Source: Yuukianura sp. NJ FZ-2021 (lineage: Eukaryota). From it: 64,000 bases of DNA. Shown here in pieces: positions 38,801 through 50,800 of this stretch (within the stretch, counting starts at the first letter, position 1; every line of letters starts with the position of its first letter). The notes under the pieces are model-generated. The model saw nothing but the letters and a program-made list of their open reading frames with translations, was not told the DNA's origin and ran no database searches. Both the position numbers and the translations under genes were made by a program. The stretch covers positions 2,976,001 to 3,040,000 of the forward strand of contig CM102290.1 of the NCBI GenBank assembly GCA_046563655.1, written 5' to 3'.

Positions 38801-41800
38801 CTGGACGAAAGATGTGGTTTCTTTGATTAGGTCGCCAAGCCTTCTTCGTTATCGTTCTCTCACGGAAGGCTAATCAACCAGGTCCAAAAACAGCAAAACG
38901 CCGAAAGCTAATCCGAAACGGTTCTAGTACTTCTAGTCTTACAAAAGTTTATTGTTTGAGCTAAAATCTTTTTTCAAAAGAAAAAAGAAACGGATTGAAT
39001 TTCTCATAAACATAAAAGGATATGGACGTGTAAGTTGAAGTTGTTTGGTGAAAGCACAAAACTTCTTTCCTGGAAGGCTCCCCATGGATGTTGCGCAGCT
39101 TCACCTAAATCCAGTAGACCATTAACATGCCCATCTTCGTCTTGAATAAGTGATTTGTATGCTAATGAAACTGCTTACTATACGCCTCCAACAGCTTTTT
39201 CTTTATAAAGTTTCAGGGGACCTAAGGATCCTGTTTGGGATTTTAGAAGATTAAATAGGATTTTGAAAAGAGCCAAACAACCTAGGCAGAGTCAAGGTTT
39301 TAATCAGGAATTCAATTGGAATCAATTGTCAACCGAAAGGTTCTGGAAAGTTGAACAATGTGTCAAAACAGGAAAACTTTGACTTTGGACAACAAGAGTC
39401 TCAAAATGGCTACCGATGTGACACAACCTGTCACAACTTCCGATGCTTCTCCTGAAAAAAAAGGAAAATGATTCAGGTCTGGACCAAAATGAGGAACGTT
39501 AGGTTAGGAGACCTATGCCACAAGAAATGTACTGCCAGTATATACTTTGGTGAAAGGTGTATGATGGGATTGGAAATGACAAAATCCAACAAAGCTCTTC
39601 CTGTCACTCCATGTTTTATGACATTCGAACTGAAGCCTGATGGAGAAAACTGGGGAAGTTCTGGAAGGCGCACAAATATCACTGGAACTTTCTTTTTTGG
39701 TTGGTTGTCGATTGTTTCCCAAAGTTTTTGATTTGGTGACTTTCTTTTATATGATGGAGGGCAGAAGTGGTTTCTTTATGACCACTTCAAGGCGGGGGGA
39801 GACTGCTTGAGTTATAAAAATTAAATGTTTTGTCTAGAAACCAACCTAACTTCCCTCATTTCTAAGAATAAATTTTGAACGTTGAAGTTTTTGAATCTGG
39901 GTTGGTTCTAGCGTAAAACTAGAAATGTAGGCTACTGCGTTGTTCCATATTTTCAAACCTCAGAGTCATTTAGAAGCCGAGTTTTGAAATTAACTTTTAT
40001 GACTCTTCATTTGAAACGAAATTTTAATGCGCTGAACAACCAAAACAAGTCAAATAGACACGGAAAATAAAGTTTTTCAAAACTGCAACAGCAACTCCAA
40101 ACGCTGTTGCAAAATTGTCCACCGGATTCCTGCTATCACTCAGTCTAGATTTTAATACAGTGGATTCTCTAAATAAGGGACAGGAGCTCCTCCTCTTTCT
40201 CACTTTCACTCGAAGTCGCGGTACCGTAAAGTTTTAATTTTGGAGGGAACGTATGTTTCAGTTTATCGGCTTATTTTTTACGATTGTTTTTTTTCGTTAA
40301 TTTTTTTTTGGTGCGAAACAAAAGTAATTAGATAATTAAATGGAATTAACTAATATTAATATACAGTGAGAGGCACGAAAACCTGCACACCCCAAATTTG
40401 TTTCCCTGGTAACAATAAAAATTGTGGAGGCGAAAACGTACCTTTTTGTTGAAAACGCTAAAATGTGACTCAAAACTCTCATTGTGGGTTTTTTCGTGAA
40501 CCGATTTTCCCCCCATAATTTAGCAAAATAAACAAAAAGCTACTTTTGAGGTGTGCAGGTTTTCGTGCCTCTCACTGTATATATATTATATATATATATA
40601 TATATATATCTGCGCACAAACTGCGCAACAGCGCACAACCTGCGCAACAGCGCACAACCTGCGCAGCAGCGCACAACCTGCGCAACAGCGCACAACCTGC
40701 GCAACAGCGCACAACCTGCGCAACAGCGCACAACCTGCGCAACAGCGCACAACCTGCGCAACAGCGCACAACCTGCGCAACAGCGCACAACCTGCGCAAC
40801 AGCGCACTGTATATAATATATTATATTATATAACCTGTTTAATAAGTGTGACATTCACAACGTAATTTGCATATAATATACCATATAATATTGATTAGTA
40901 TATAGATATCACATATAATTAGCATTAATATATGAATATTATGTATATTAATATTAATTATATACTCTGAACTTCGAAACAGGAAATTTTCATTAGAATG
41001 GTGTTCCTAGCCTTAAATTCCATATAACTGACCGTTTACCAGAAATCTTACGGTACTGGGGGAGGCGCCTACTACCAATCCCCCAATCGTGATTTTTTCC
41101 CTTATTTAGAGAATCCACTGTAAATGCATTTTTTTTTAAATTTTGATGCTTCAAATAGGACATTCCGAAAATTGTTTTTTTTTTCATTTTGAATTCAACA
41201 GTAAAAAAGAGCAAATTTAGTTTTGACTTTTTGAATTTAATAGTCGCGTGCTTGGGCTTTTAGTTTTGAAAAATGGAGCCAAATGGTGTTACTCTCTTAA
41301 GTTGACAGTAAGCACTAAGAATACCATCTTAACTTTGTTTCCTTTGGGACTACATAGGTCAACTACGTGTCAGATCGGCAGAATCGGACTATCGAGGAGT
41401 CCGCGTGGTGCGGCGTACCGTTCGACCAGCCCAACCTCTCTTGTCAACTTCTGATGCTTCTGTCCACAAGCATTTTCTTTGTTGCCCCCATGACCCTGAT
41501 TCTGCTTCTCTACGTACGAATCGGTCTAGTTTTGCATCGCAGCTCACGAAACGGGTCATTGCGACGATGCTGCGCAACGCAACACCAACCACACCAAAGT
41601 AACAACGGGAGTCTCTTGAACGGAACGGCCGTTGCCGGTCCAATTGGAACACCGACGCATATGCACGCACTTACGCATGGTCATGGAGTGGCTATCCAAA
41701 GCAACAGTGGTGGGAACAAGAGAGGACAAGTGGAACGACAGCACATTCAGAGTCGCCGTGCAGTCATTCGAATGTTGGGTAAGCATTGTGTTTTGTTACT

Positions 41801-44800
41801 TTTGCTGGATTAGGTTAGCCAAGGTTCCTTGACGGCGGAATTGTATTTCCTACAAGAGGTTGTTCAATAACTCAGGGTTTTAAAAAAACCTAGCTTCAGA
41901 CAACTTTTATTAGCACCAATTTAGCACCAATTTTGTTTATACATTTTCCCCCATTTTTTTCAAACTTTGAATATTGAAATCGCATCGGAATAAAATAAAA
42001 GTGGAAAAATTCAAAAATTGTTCCAAAAATGGAGGGAAAGGTTAACCCGTTTGGTTTTTGAAAATTTTAGCAAAAAATTGAAAAACCCGAGTTATTGGAC
42101 AACCTGGTGTAGAAAAACATTTTCGTTGTTTACAAACCTTGAGGTTAGCCTAGGTTTTGTTCGTTGCAAGGAACTTGGCAGCGGAAATGGATTGAGCAGA
42201 AAGAATTGAAGGTAGGCGGAGGTTAGCAAGCTGACGCAAGCAAAGCCTCAACTGACGCGATTTCGTGTAGCAGCGATAAGCGGTCACGTAAAGAGTCTAA
42301 AGTGAAGAGTCAGGACACTTTTAATGTGGTACTAAAAAGAGGGCCTAGGAGTACTACGACGCAACTGTATCGTGTTTATATTAAAACGACTCCAGTTCCA
42401 GAACTTTTTTTTCTAAATTTGAAACCTAGACAGACTTTTTTTTAGTCCAGTGAAACCCATAATGTCCCCCAAAAAAGTTATTCGAAAGTGGCCCATTCAA
42501 ATAAATGTCAATTGGCAAAAAAATATTTTTGAATTTTCTCGAAAAAAAAAAGAAGAAAAAATAGTAGCCCCCTTGGTTTGGAATGTCGATTTGTACAGAA
42601 TCTTAAAAGTATTGGTGCGAAGTACTCCAAAACGTTGTCAAAATTTTGAAAATTTAATTTGTTGGTAAATGAAATTTTTTGCTATTTTTTTTTTCACTTG
42701 GGTGCGTATGCATTAAATTTTGGAGAAAATTTAGAAAGTGAAAGTATCGCTTTGAGATCTAAGAAGTGAAAGTGCATAATAAAAAGAAAGCGAGAACGTG
42801 ATAAACCACTTTTGAAAAGTAGTCTTTTGTAACTTTAAAAATGGAACGCAGTCACCTGAAATAATTTCCCGCCGTGAAACCACCTTCCACGCCCGTCAAC
42901 TTTCTCTTTGTATTCCATCTCTCCGCGTTGTGACGGTTTCTTTTTCCCTCCACCGCCGCGGCAGCGTTCTTCTTGACTGGTTTCAAACCAACCCTTTGAA
43001 CTTAAAAATGAAAAGTGTACAAACCCAAAAGCTGTGCCTTTGAAATTCCGTCCCCGCAATTTTTTAAATACGTTTTTGTTCCATTAGTGAAACGAACCGA
43101 ATAGCAAAACCCAGATTCTGTTTCACTTGGGCTTAAATTTGCAGTTCAGTGCTCTTAGGAATTGATAATGGAAGCAGATTTGTGTGGCGTTTCTTTGTCC
43201 AACAATTTCACTCACACCTTCGTTAATCAAATCACCGAGAAAGTAAAAACAAGATTTACCGAACCCGGGTTCGGAAACATCGTCTCGTTCATTGCAGTAT
43301 CTCATTTCAAAAGTTTTATTGAAAATCCCACTTCTGAAATCCAAAAGAGGATCAAATTACCAATAAAAGGTGGCAAATCTTGATCAAAACTAGTCTGGCA
43401 CCTAACCTTGAAAAGACCAAGTGCACTAAAACGGGCAAATTCGGAACAATTTTTTTTTCATTTGGAAAATTCTCTGTTTTTTCGATTGTTAAATAGGTGA
43501 GGAATTGCTTTTAGCTAAAGTGAACTAGCAACCTTTACGTAGATTGATTGGAATTATTTATTTCGAACTTTTTACAAGACACGGTGGTATGTGGACTCCC
43601 ATAAATCAGTCACTAGAGAGTCACTAGTCCTTATTGAAATTCGATCCAAGAACTCTTGGCGGGAATGTAAAATGGACGACTATCGCGTCATTCTTTTAGT
43701 TTTTCAAAAAAGTCTAGTGGAAAGGTCAAGGTCGTAACCTTTGCCTACGCCGTAAGACTTTTTATCAAAATAGTACCAGCAGGGACCATCAAAATTTTGA
43801 AAAAATAGAAATTCAAAAAAGACTATAAAGCTGTCTTGGCTCCTTTGCATCCTATCATCATTCCCTCTTTGGCCACAAATCGATTCCCACCGTTGTCGTC
43901 GTTTGTCGGATGTAGAAAAAATACGAGAAAGAAAAATGTCGAAAAAAAAACTTACGGAAAAGGTGCGCTAGGGAATTTTTGGAGGCTCATTTTCCATTCT
44001 CGCATTTTCTTCTGTCGATTCTTTGCTGGCGGAATTTTTTTACTTTCTCTCGATGACTTTCCCCAGAAGCAATTTTACTCTTCTTTTGCTTTTTTTTGTA
44101 GTAATAGTAGTTTCTCTATTTTTAGTTCATTTTTAATGCCATAATGCAGCGTACGGAAAAAAGTTGCTTCTGACTCTTCAGTAAAAGTAAAAATTGTGAA
44201 AGTTTACTTAATACGTCCATTAGTAGCGAAAAAAAATCGGAAATGGAGGGAAGGAGATAAAAAAATCCAACGTGCCCGTCAGCGTACCTTCAAAATTAAG
44301 CTTTTCTCTAGTTCTAAAATGCGCTGAAATTTTAAGCTCCCTTTTCCACCAAAAGTCTTCCATTTGAGAGAAGAAAAAGTATAAACAGAAAAGTACGAGT
44401 AATTTGTGGAGGCATCCACCAGTTCAATTTTAATCAAAAAGAATACCTGGCCTAATTTCCGCATTTCAACAACCTAGTTTAGCCTAACTTGAAAAATTTA
44501 CTGTTTCGACAAAAAACGTAACATAAATGAGACATGATCCATGAAAATTGTCTAAGTGAAAGCCTCAATTGTTTTGGAGCGACTGTTAGAAAGTGCATAG
44601 GGATTCGGACGGTTCGTGCCGGAGACAAAAACGAAGACATTAAAACGTCTTCTTTTGAGCACAGAAAAACAAAGTTGAATCTCGCAGATTTTTGGAGAGG
44701 ATTTCGAAACCCATTTCCCTTTTATTGTTTCCAACCCGCCAGAAGAGTCGTGTGTGCAGAGAGGCTCAATTCCCGCCAAAGTTTGAAGTTATGAATGTTT

Positions 44801-47800
44801 ATGGAAGTGGTTGGAGAGACTACAGACTAAAAGTGTAGTGTTCATTTAAAAAAAAAACGACAACACATGGCTAACTAAATGGAGAGAGGCTTTAGGGAAA
44901 CGTGTCTCTGCGTCGGGGAGACTTAAAGACTCTCGGGCAGAAAGTTCTGAAGGGCTCTAAGCGCGCCAACTTTCACTTTCTAATGCTGCTCCTACTGCTG
45001 GGAGTTCGTTTTTAATTTATTAGGATATGCCAGACGCAGGGAGCGAACGAGCGCCAATCTTCTACTTAATCATGTCTCCATTTTTCTTATTTTTAGTTGC
45101 TGTCGTCATTGCATTTTTTGTCTGCTGGGCTCCATTCCATAGTCAGCGCCTTCTTTTTGTTTATGTCACACTGTACGGGAAATGGACAGAAACTTTCAGA
45201 GATGTCAATCAACACCTCTTCTATGTCGCAGGTACTTAACATGACCTAAATTTTGAAAATTTCAAACCCAAACTTTGACGTTTTCAAGGCTCCTTTAGCA
45301 TCGAAATAGTTTTTCTTTAACAGGTTAGGCAATAAGTCTCCTTTTCTAAAAATCTTGCTGCAAACATTTTTCCCTTGAACTTGATTATCACTCTTTTTGT
45401 GCAAAAATTTAAAAGTTTGCACCAACCGGAGTGTTCGAAATGAAGAAAAGAAAAGTTCGGAGGAAAATTTTCTCGGAAAACGAGAGCTGCCGATATGCGT
45501 TATAATTTTTGAAATATCGAAGAGAAAAAAATACAAAGGCGATTTATTACCTAACCTGTTAAAGAAAAAACTATTTTCTTGTTTACAAACCTTGGACATT
45601 TTTTTTGAACTTTTAAGAATTTGGTATTTTTTTGGATCTGAATTTTGAAATTTCCAGGTGTATTCTACTTTTTGAGTTCGACAATCAACCCGATCCTGTA
45701 CAGCGTCATGTCCAAAAGGTTCCGCAGAGCCTTCCGTGACAAGTTATGTCGCTACAGAAGTTGTTGTGTGTGTCTGTGCTGCAGTGACATGGGCATGGTT
45801 ACTGGGGCAACAGCATCTGCAGCCCCTCAAGGACCTGCTAGGATCCGTCCTGGTGACAGTCAAAGTACGACCACGCGTCAAAGACTGATGCAAACCTATG
45901 GCGCCGCAAAAAATCCACTTCTTACAGCATCCAACAAGCGCCCCAAAGAGATTTCCTTTGCTCCAGGCGGTAAGACGACGAACAATGACAGTAATTTTTT
46001 TTTCTAACAAAATTGAAATTGAAACAAACGTTATGTTTTTCCGCGAAAAAGTTATTGAACAAGCCTGGCATTTTTTGACAACCATTTTAGTCCGCTCGTG
46101 TGCATCTTCTGCTTTATAGGACTTTAAACTGAATGGAAACGGAAGGGCCACAGGAAGTTGCTAACACAAACTTCAATTTTGTTTCATTATACTTGCGAAA
46201 ACGGATATTAAATTTTTGCGAGCCACTCGCTCGAGGATATGAATTAGCAGTTTCTAAGTCGCAAATTTTTGAATCAATTTTTGCTAAGCTACAAATGAAA
46301 GATCGCGTGTCCTTTGTTGATTTTTTTTTGCAAATCTAATCAAAACCATTTTTAAGCAACAAGTTGCAAAATTTTTATAAGAAATGCATAAGGTTAGAAA
46401 GCAGAAAGCGGAAAGTTGAAATCAGTGGAAAAAATAGCAAAATTTTTAAACCAAAATAATATTTTTGGCGAAATATTTTTTTCCCCTTTTTTGAATTTAA
46501 ACTCAAATTCAAAATCCATTTTTTTCTGCTTAACGAAACGTTATTGAATAAGTCGGAGATAGGAAATTTGAACTTTTCTTTTGTTCAAAAGATTTTTATT
46601 TGAAGATCAAACACAATTTTTTTTTCTCGAAAAGCAAAAAAAAACGCTTTTAGTCTGAGTCCATTTTTTTGACTTAACCGATACACAGAGTGAAGTAAAA
46701 TTAGTCAAAGTAGAGCAAGTAAAGTAAAGCGCAAATTGCATTTTGTTTCTATCAAAAATAGTCAAGAACCGGCGATTTTGGAAATTTTATTGAATAGCTG
46801 GAAATGAAAGTTTTCGAAAAAAAAATTCTTTTTCTTTTTTGAAACTAAAAGTGAAAAGTGAAAAAATAAGATACCTGTTTCAGGTGAGGGCTCTAGGGGA
46901 AACAAATATCAAAACTTATTTTGTTCTAGCTTTTTTTTAAATCCCACTTTTTGGTTTAGTTTTTTGAAATTGTTGGAAAACTTCGGCGTGTTTTTTTGGC
47001 CTAGAAAATTTTAAAGTAGCTCAAGATCTTAAACTTGAGTTTCTTTTTCTTTTGAAACCGAGCACAAAAAATAAACTTTTCATCACCTTTAGATTTTCTT
47101 TAGTTTTTATATCCAATTCTAAAAAAGTTTTTGACTTTTGACTTTGTTCTTTTTTTCCTGGTGAAAAGTTACTATTGGAAAAGTTCTAAGACTCTTCCAC
47201 TTTTTATAAAAAAAAAGGTATCGAAATTGGAACGTGCGGCCACATTGCAAAGAAAATCAAACGAGGCTTGTCTTGTTCTTGTTTACTTTTGGTGATTTTT
47301 TGGTGAAGTAAAACGTTTGAAATTTTGCGTTTGAGCAAAATAAGTAATGTAAATACATTATTAAAAACCATTCCTTTGCAAGTAAAAGACAAGATAAATA
47401 CTAACCGGAAAACTGTAGCTTACATTTCGCCCAACTAAACTTTGTATTTCACCCATTGAAAATAAGTTTTATTTGCTTGGTTTTCTACAAATTACAAAAG
47501 AAAAAGTTCAAGAAACATGTTACTAAGTTTCTCGATATTTCTCCATTTTTTTGCTCAATTGAATGTCAAAGGTCAAAGTGACCTTGCTGCATCGGGGGAA
47601 GCGGCTGAATTGGATATTGGATGCTGGAAAGCTTTTCCTTGCTTTTGGGAGTGACTTTTTCCAATAGAATTTTTTCAAATCCATTTTAAAATCATGTCAC
47701 TTTCAAAAGCTGCAGGGGTTATTTTCGAAAAAAAAAAAGAGCTCTCGAGGAAACATGACCTTGACCTTTCAAAAAAATTTGTTTTAGGCGAGCGTTGCGT

Positions 47801-50800
47801 GGGTGATGAGATGTCGGGCGGCTCTTCATCTGATCGTATTCGGACATATACTTATCCAAGTAGTACTGGACTTAAGAAAAATGCTACCAAAAAGTCACAT
47901 TCCCTTCCTGACTCCACACTCTTGCCGCTGTGCTGTTTGAACAATGGGGATGTGCCGTTTGAGCCTCCGATGACCTTGACATCTTCAACTCAACAGTCAT
48001 TGAAACCCAGGAAGCAGGGAAAAGAGAGCAGTACGTTCGTCGCTACAGATTTTTTAAAAAAACGACTTGCGTCAAAAAGTGACGGTGACACGCCCACCAC
48101 GGGTCATGATCCAGATTTGCACGAATGTCTTAAAGGTACGTACTTCCCCATTTTTTAAAATTTTGAACCAATTTTTTGTAAAAGGCTAACCTGACGTAAA
48201 ATTTGAAATGGTGAAGTGGATCAATGCCTTTAAAGAGTTATTAGAAAGTTAAGAAAGTTAGTCAAAACCGCCTAACCACTCAAACTAACAAGTACAAACT
48301 GTTCAAACAATTTTAGATTTTGAGAACAAAGATTTAAAACATTTTGAAATTGAACAAAAGTTTGAAAAGTATGCCACCATAACTCAATTTAATACAAAAG
48401 TGGTTGCGGCTTTGTCGAAACCTATTTTCTCTAGAAAATTGAGCAGGCGCACCACTTTGGAAGACAAAGCCTTTTTTTTTATACACTTTACAATAACGTT
48501 GGTTTGAATGATACACTTTCTAAGAAGAAAAGAGAAAATTTTAGAACAAAACTTTTTTCGAAATGGAGGGAAAGCTGATAAGTTTAATTTTGGGAGCCTT
48601 TTTTCTTTCGGCACCGCAATAACAATAAAAGATTTTCAAAGTTTTTGCAACTAAAAAAGCTCAATTTAAAAAAAAAACCTAAGGGAAAAACAGCGATGGA
48701 AGAGAAAAGGGCGCTAGAAAATTCAAATGCGTAGGAAGACATTTCGTAGATGGAAAATATACTGATTCCGGAAGCTGTTTTTCTTGAATATTTCTTTTTG
48801 CTGGTGTTAGCCCATTATGGAAAGTGAAATTATGCCGAATTTACACATTCCCATGCCGTTCTTCTTTCAGTTGTTCTTTCTGCTTTCCTTTCCGATTTTT
48901 CGGTGTATGGTTGCCTTTCTCGTGACAACAGAATTCCTCACATCTTTCTGATGTGAAACAAGCAAGTAAAGGAATTGCATTTATACTTGCCGTTTTCAAA
49001 AGTTGAACCGAGTTCAACTTTTTGAAGGAAAGTAGAGAGGAAAAGATTTTAAATAATAATCTTTGTGTGTTGCCTGGACAATTCTTCACTTTCCTCAATC
49101 AACGATTTACACTTTCTGTGTAGAAATCAGAAAGGAAAGAAGAACGGCATGAGAAAAGATTCCTTTCTACTGGATTTTGGCAGCAAGTATAAATGAAACA
49201 ATGAACGTAAAGGTAACGGCATGGGAACGTTCACGGCATGGGAACAGTATGTGTAAATTCGGCATTAACCTCTTGAACCCTGAGTTATTTTCGTGATGTT
49301 TGGTTTTCGGCCCTCTTTTAATTTCCATTGGTTACCACGGCTGACTAAATTGAAATATTGTTACGATTCGAGGGCGACGCCATTTTTTTTGTGGGGTGGC
49401 ACAAGTGGCCGGATTTATGCCTAGATATTTTCTCACATATTTGACCCAAAATTAAATACACAATCCAACATAATGTTGGTGCCGGGTTAGTTTGACACAA
49501 ATTCCGATTTTTTTTTGGAATAATATGATACAAAAATTCTGGAGTTTCTTAGCCGTAAACAATACATTACCTCTTTAATGTATTTTGTATATCCAGAAAA
49601 TTTTGACCCATAAAAGTCTTATCTTGAAAAGCCTGATCCAGAAAAGTCTGAGCCAGAAAAGTCTGATCCAGAAAAGTTTGATCTATAAAACTCTTATTTA
49701 GAAAAGTCTGATCCAGAAAAGTCTGATCCAGAAAAGTCTGAGCCAGAAAAGTTTGATCCATAAAAGTCTTATTTAGAAAAATCTGATCCGGAAAAGTCTG
49801 ACCCAGAAAAGTCTGAGCCAGAAAAGTCTGATCCAGAAAAGTTTGATCCATAAAACTCTTATTTAGAAAAATCTGATCCGGGAAAGTCTGATCCAGAAAA
49901 GTCTGATCCAGAAAAGTTTGATCCATAAAAGTCTTATTTAGAAAAATCTGATCCGGAAAAGTCTGATCCAGAAAAGTCTGAGCCAGAAAAGTCTGATCCA
50001 GAAAAGTTTGATCCATAAAAGTCTTATTTAGAAAAATCTGATCCGGAAAAGTCTGATCCAGAAAAGTCTGATCCAGAAAAGTTTGATCTATAAAACTCTT
50101 ATTTAGAAAAGTCTGATCCAGAAAAGTCTGATCCAGAAAAGTCTGAGCCAGAAAAGTTTGATCCATAAAAGTCTTATTTAGAAAAATCTGATCCGGAAAA
50201 GTCTGATCCAGAAAAGTCTGAGCCAGAAAAGTCTGAGCCAGAAAAGTCTGATCCAGAAAAGTTTGATCCATAAAAGTCTTATTTAGAAAAATCTGATCCG
50301 GAAAAGTCTGATCCAGAAAAGTCTGATCCAGAAAAGTTTGATCCATAAAAGTCTTATTTAGAAAAATCTGATCCGGAAAAGTCTGATCCAGAAAAGTCTG
50401 AGCCAGAAAAGTCTGATCCAGAAAAGTTTGATCCATAAAAGTCTTATTTAGAAAAATCTGATCCGGAAAAGTCTGATCCAGAAAAGTTTGATCCATAAGT
50501 CTTCTTTAAAAAAATCTGATCCGGAAAAGCCTGATCCAGAAAAGTCTGAGCCAGAAAAGTCTGATCCAGAAAAGTTTGATCCATAAAAGTCTTATTTAGA
50601 AAAATCTGATCCGGAAAAGTCTGATCCAGAAAAGTCTGAGCCAGAAAAGTCTGATCCAGAAAAGTTTGATCCATAAAAGTCTTATTTAGAAAAATCTGAT
50701 CCGGAAAAGTCTGATCCAGAAAAGTCTGAGCCAGAAAAGTCTGATCCAGAAAAGTTTGATCCATAAGTCTTCTTTAGAAAAATCTGATCCGGAAAAGTCT

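Noticed and set aside
40540..40865. Cys- or Gln-rich ORFs in all six frames ([19 protein letters not shown]...)
   Set aside because: These are artefacts of a stop-free 19-bp tandem repeat, not a metallothionein-like gene.
9303..48800. Numerous 60-160-aa ORFs rich in F, K, L and N within the GPCR introns
   Set aside because: They have the composition expected from A/T-run-rich non-coding DNA. I saw no recognisable domains and no consistent splice chains for a nested gene.
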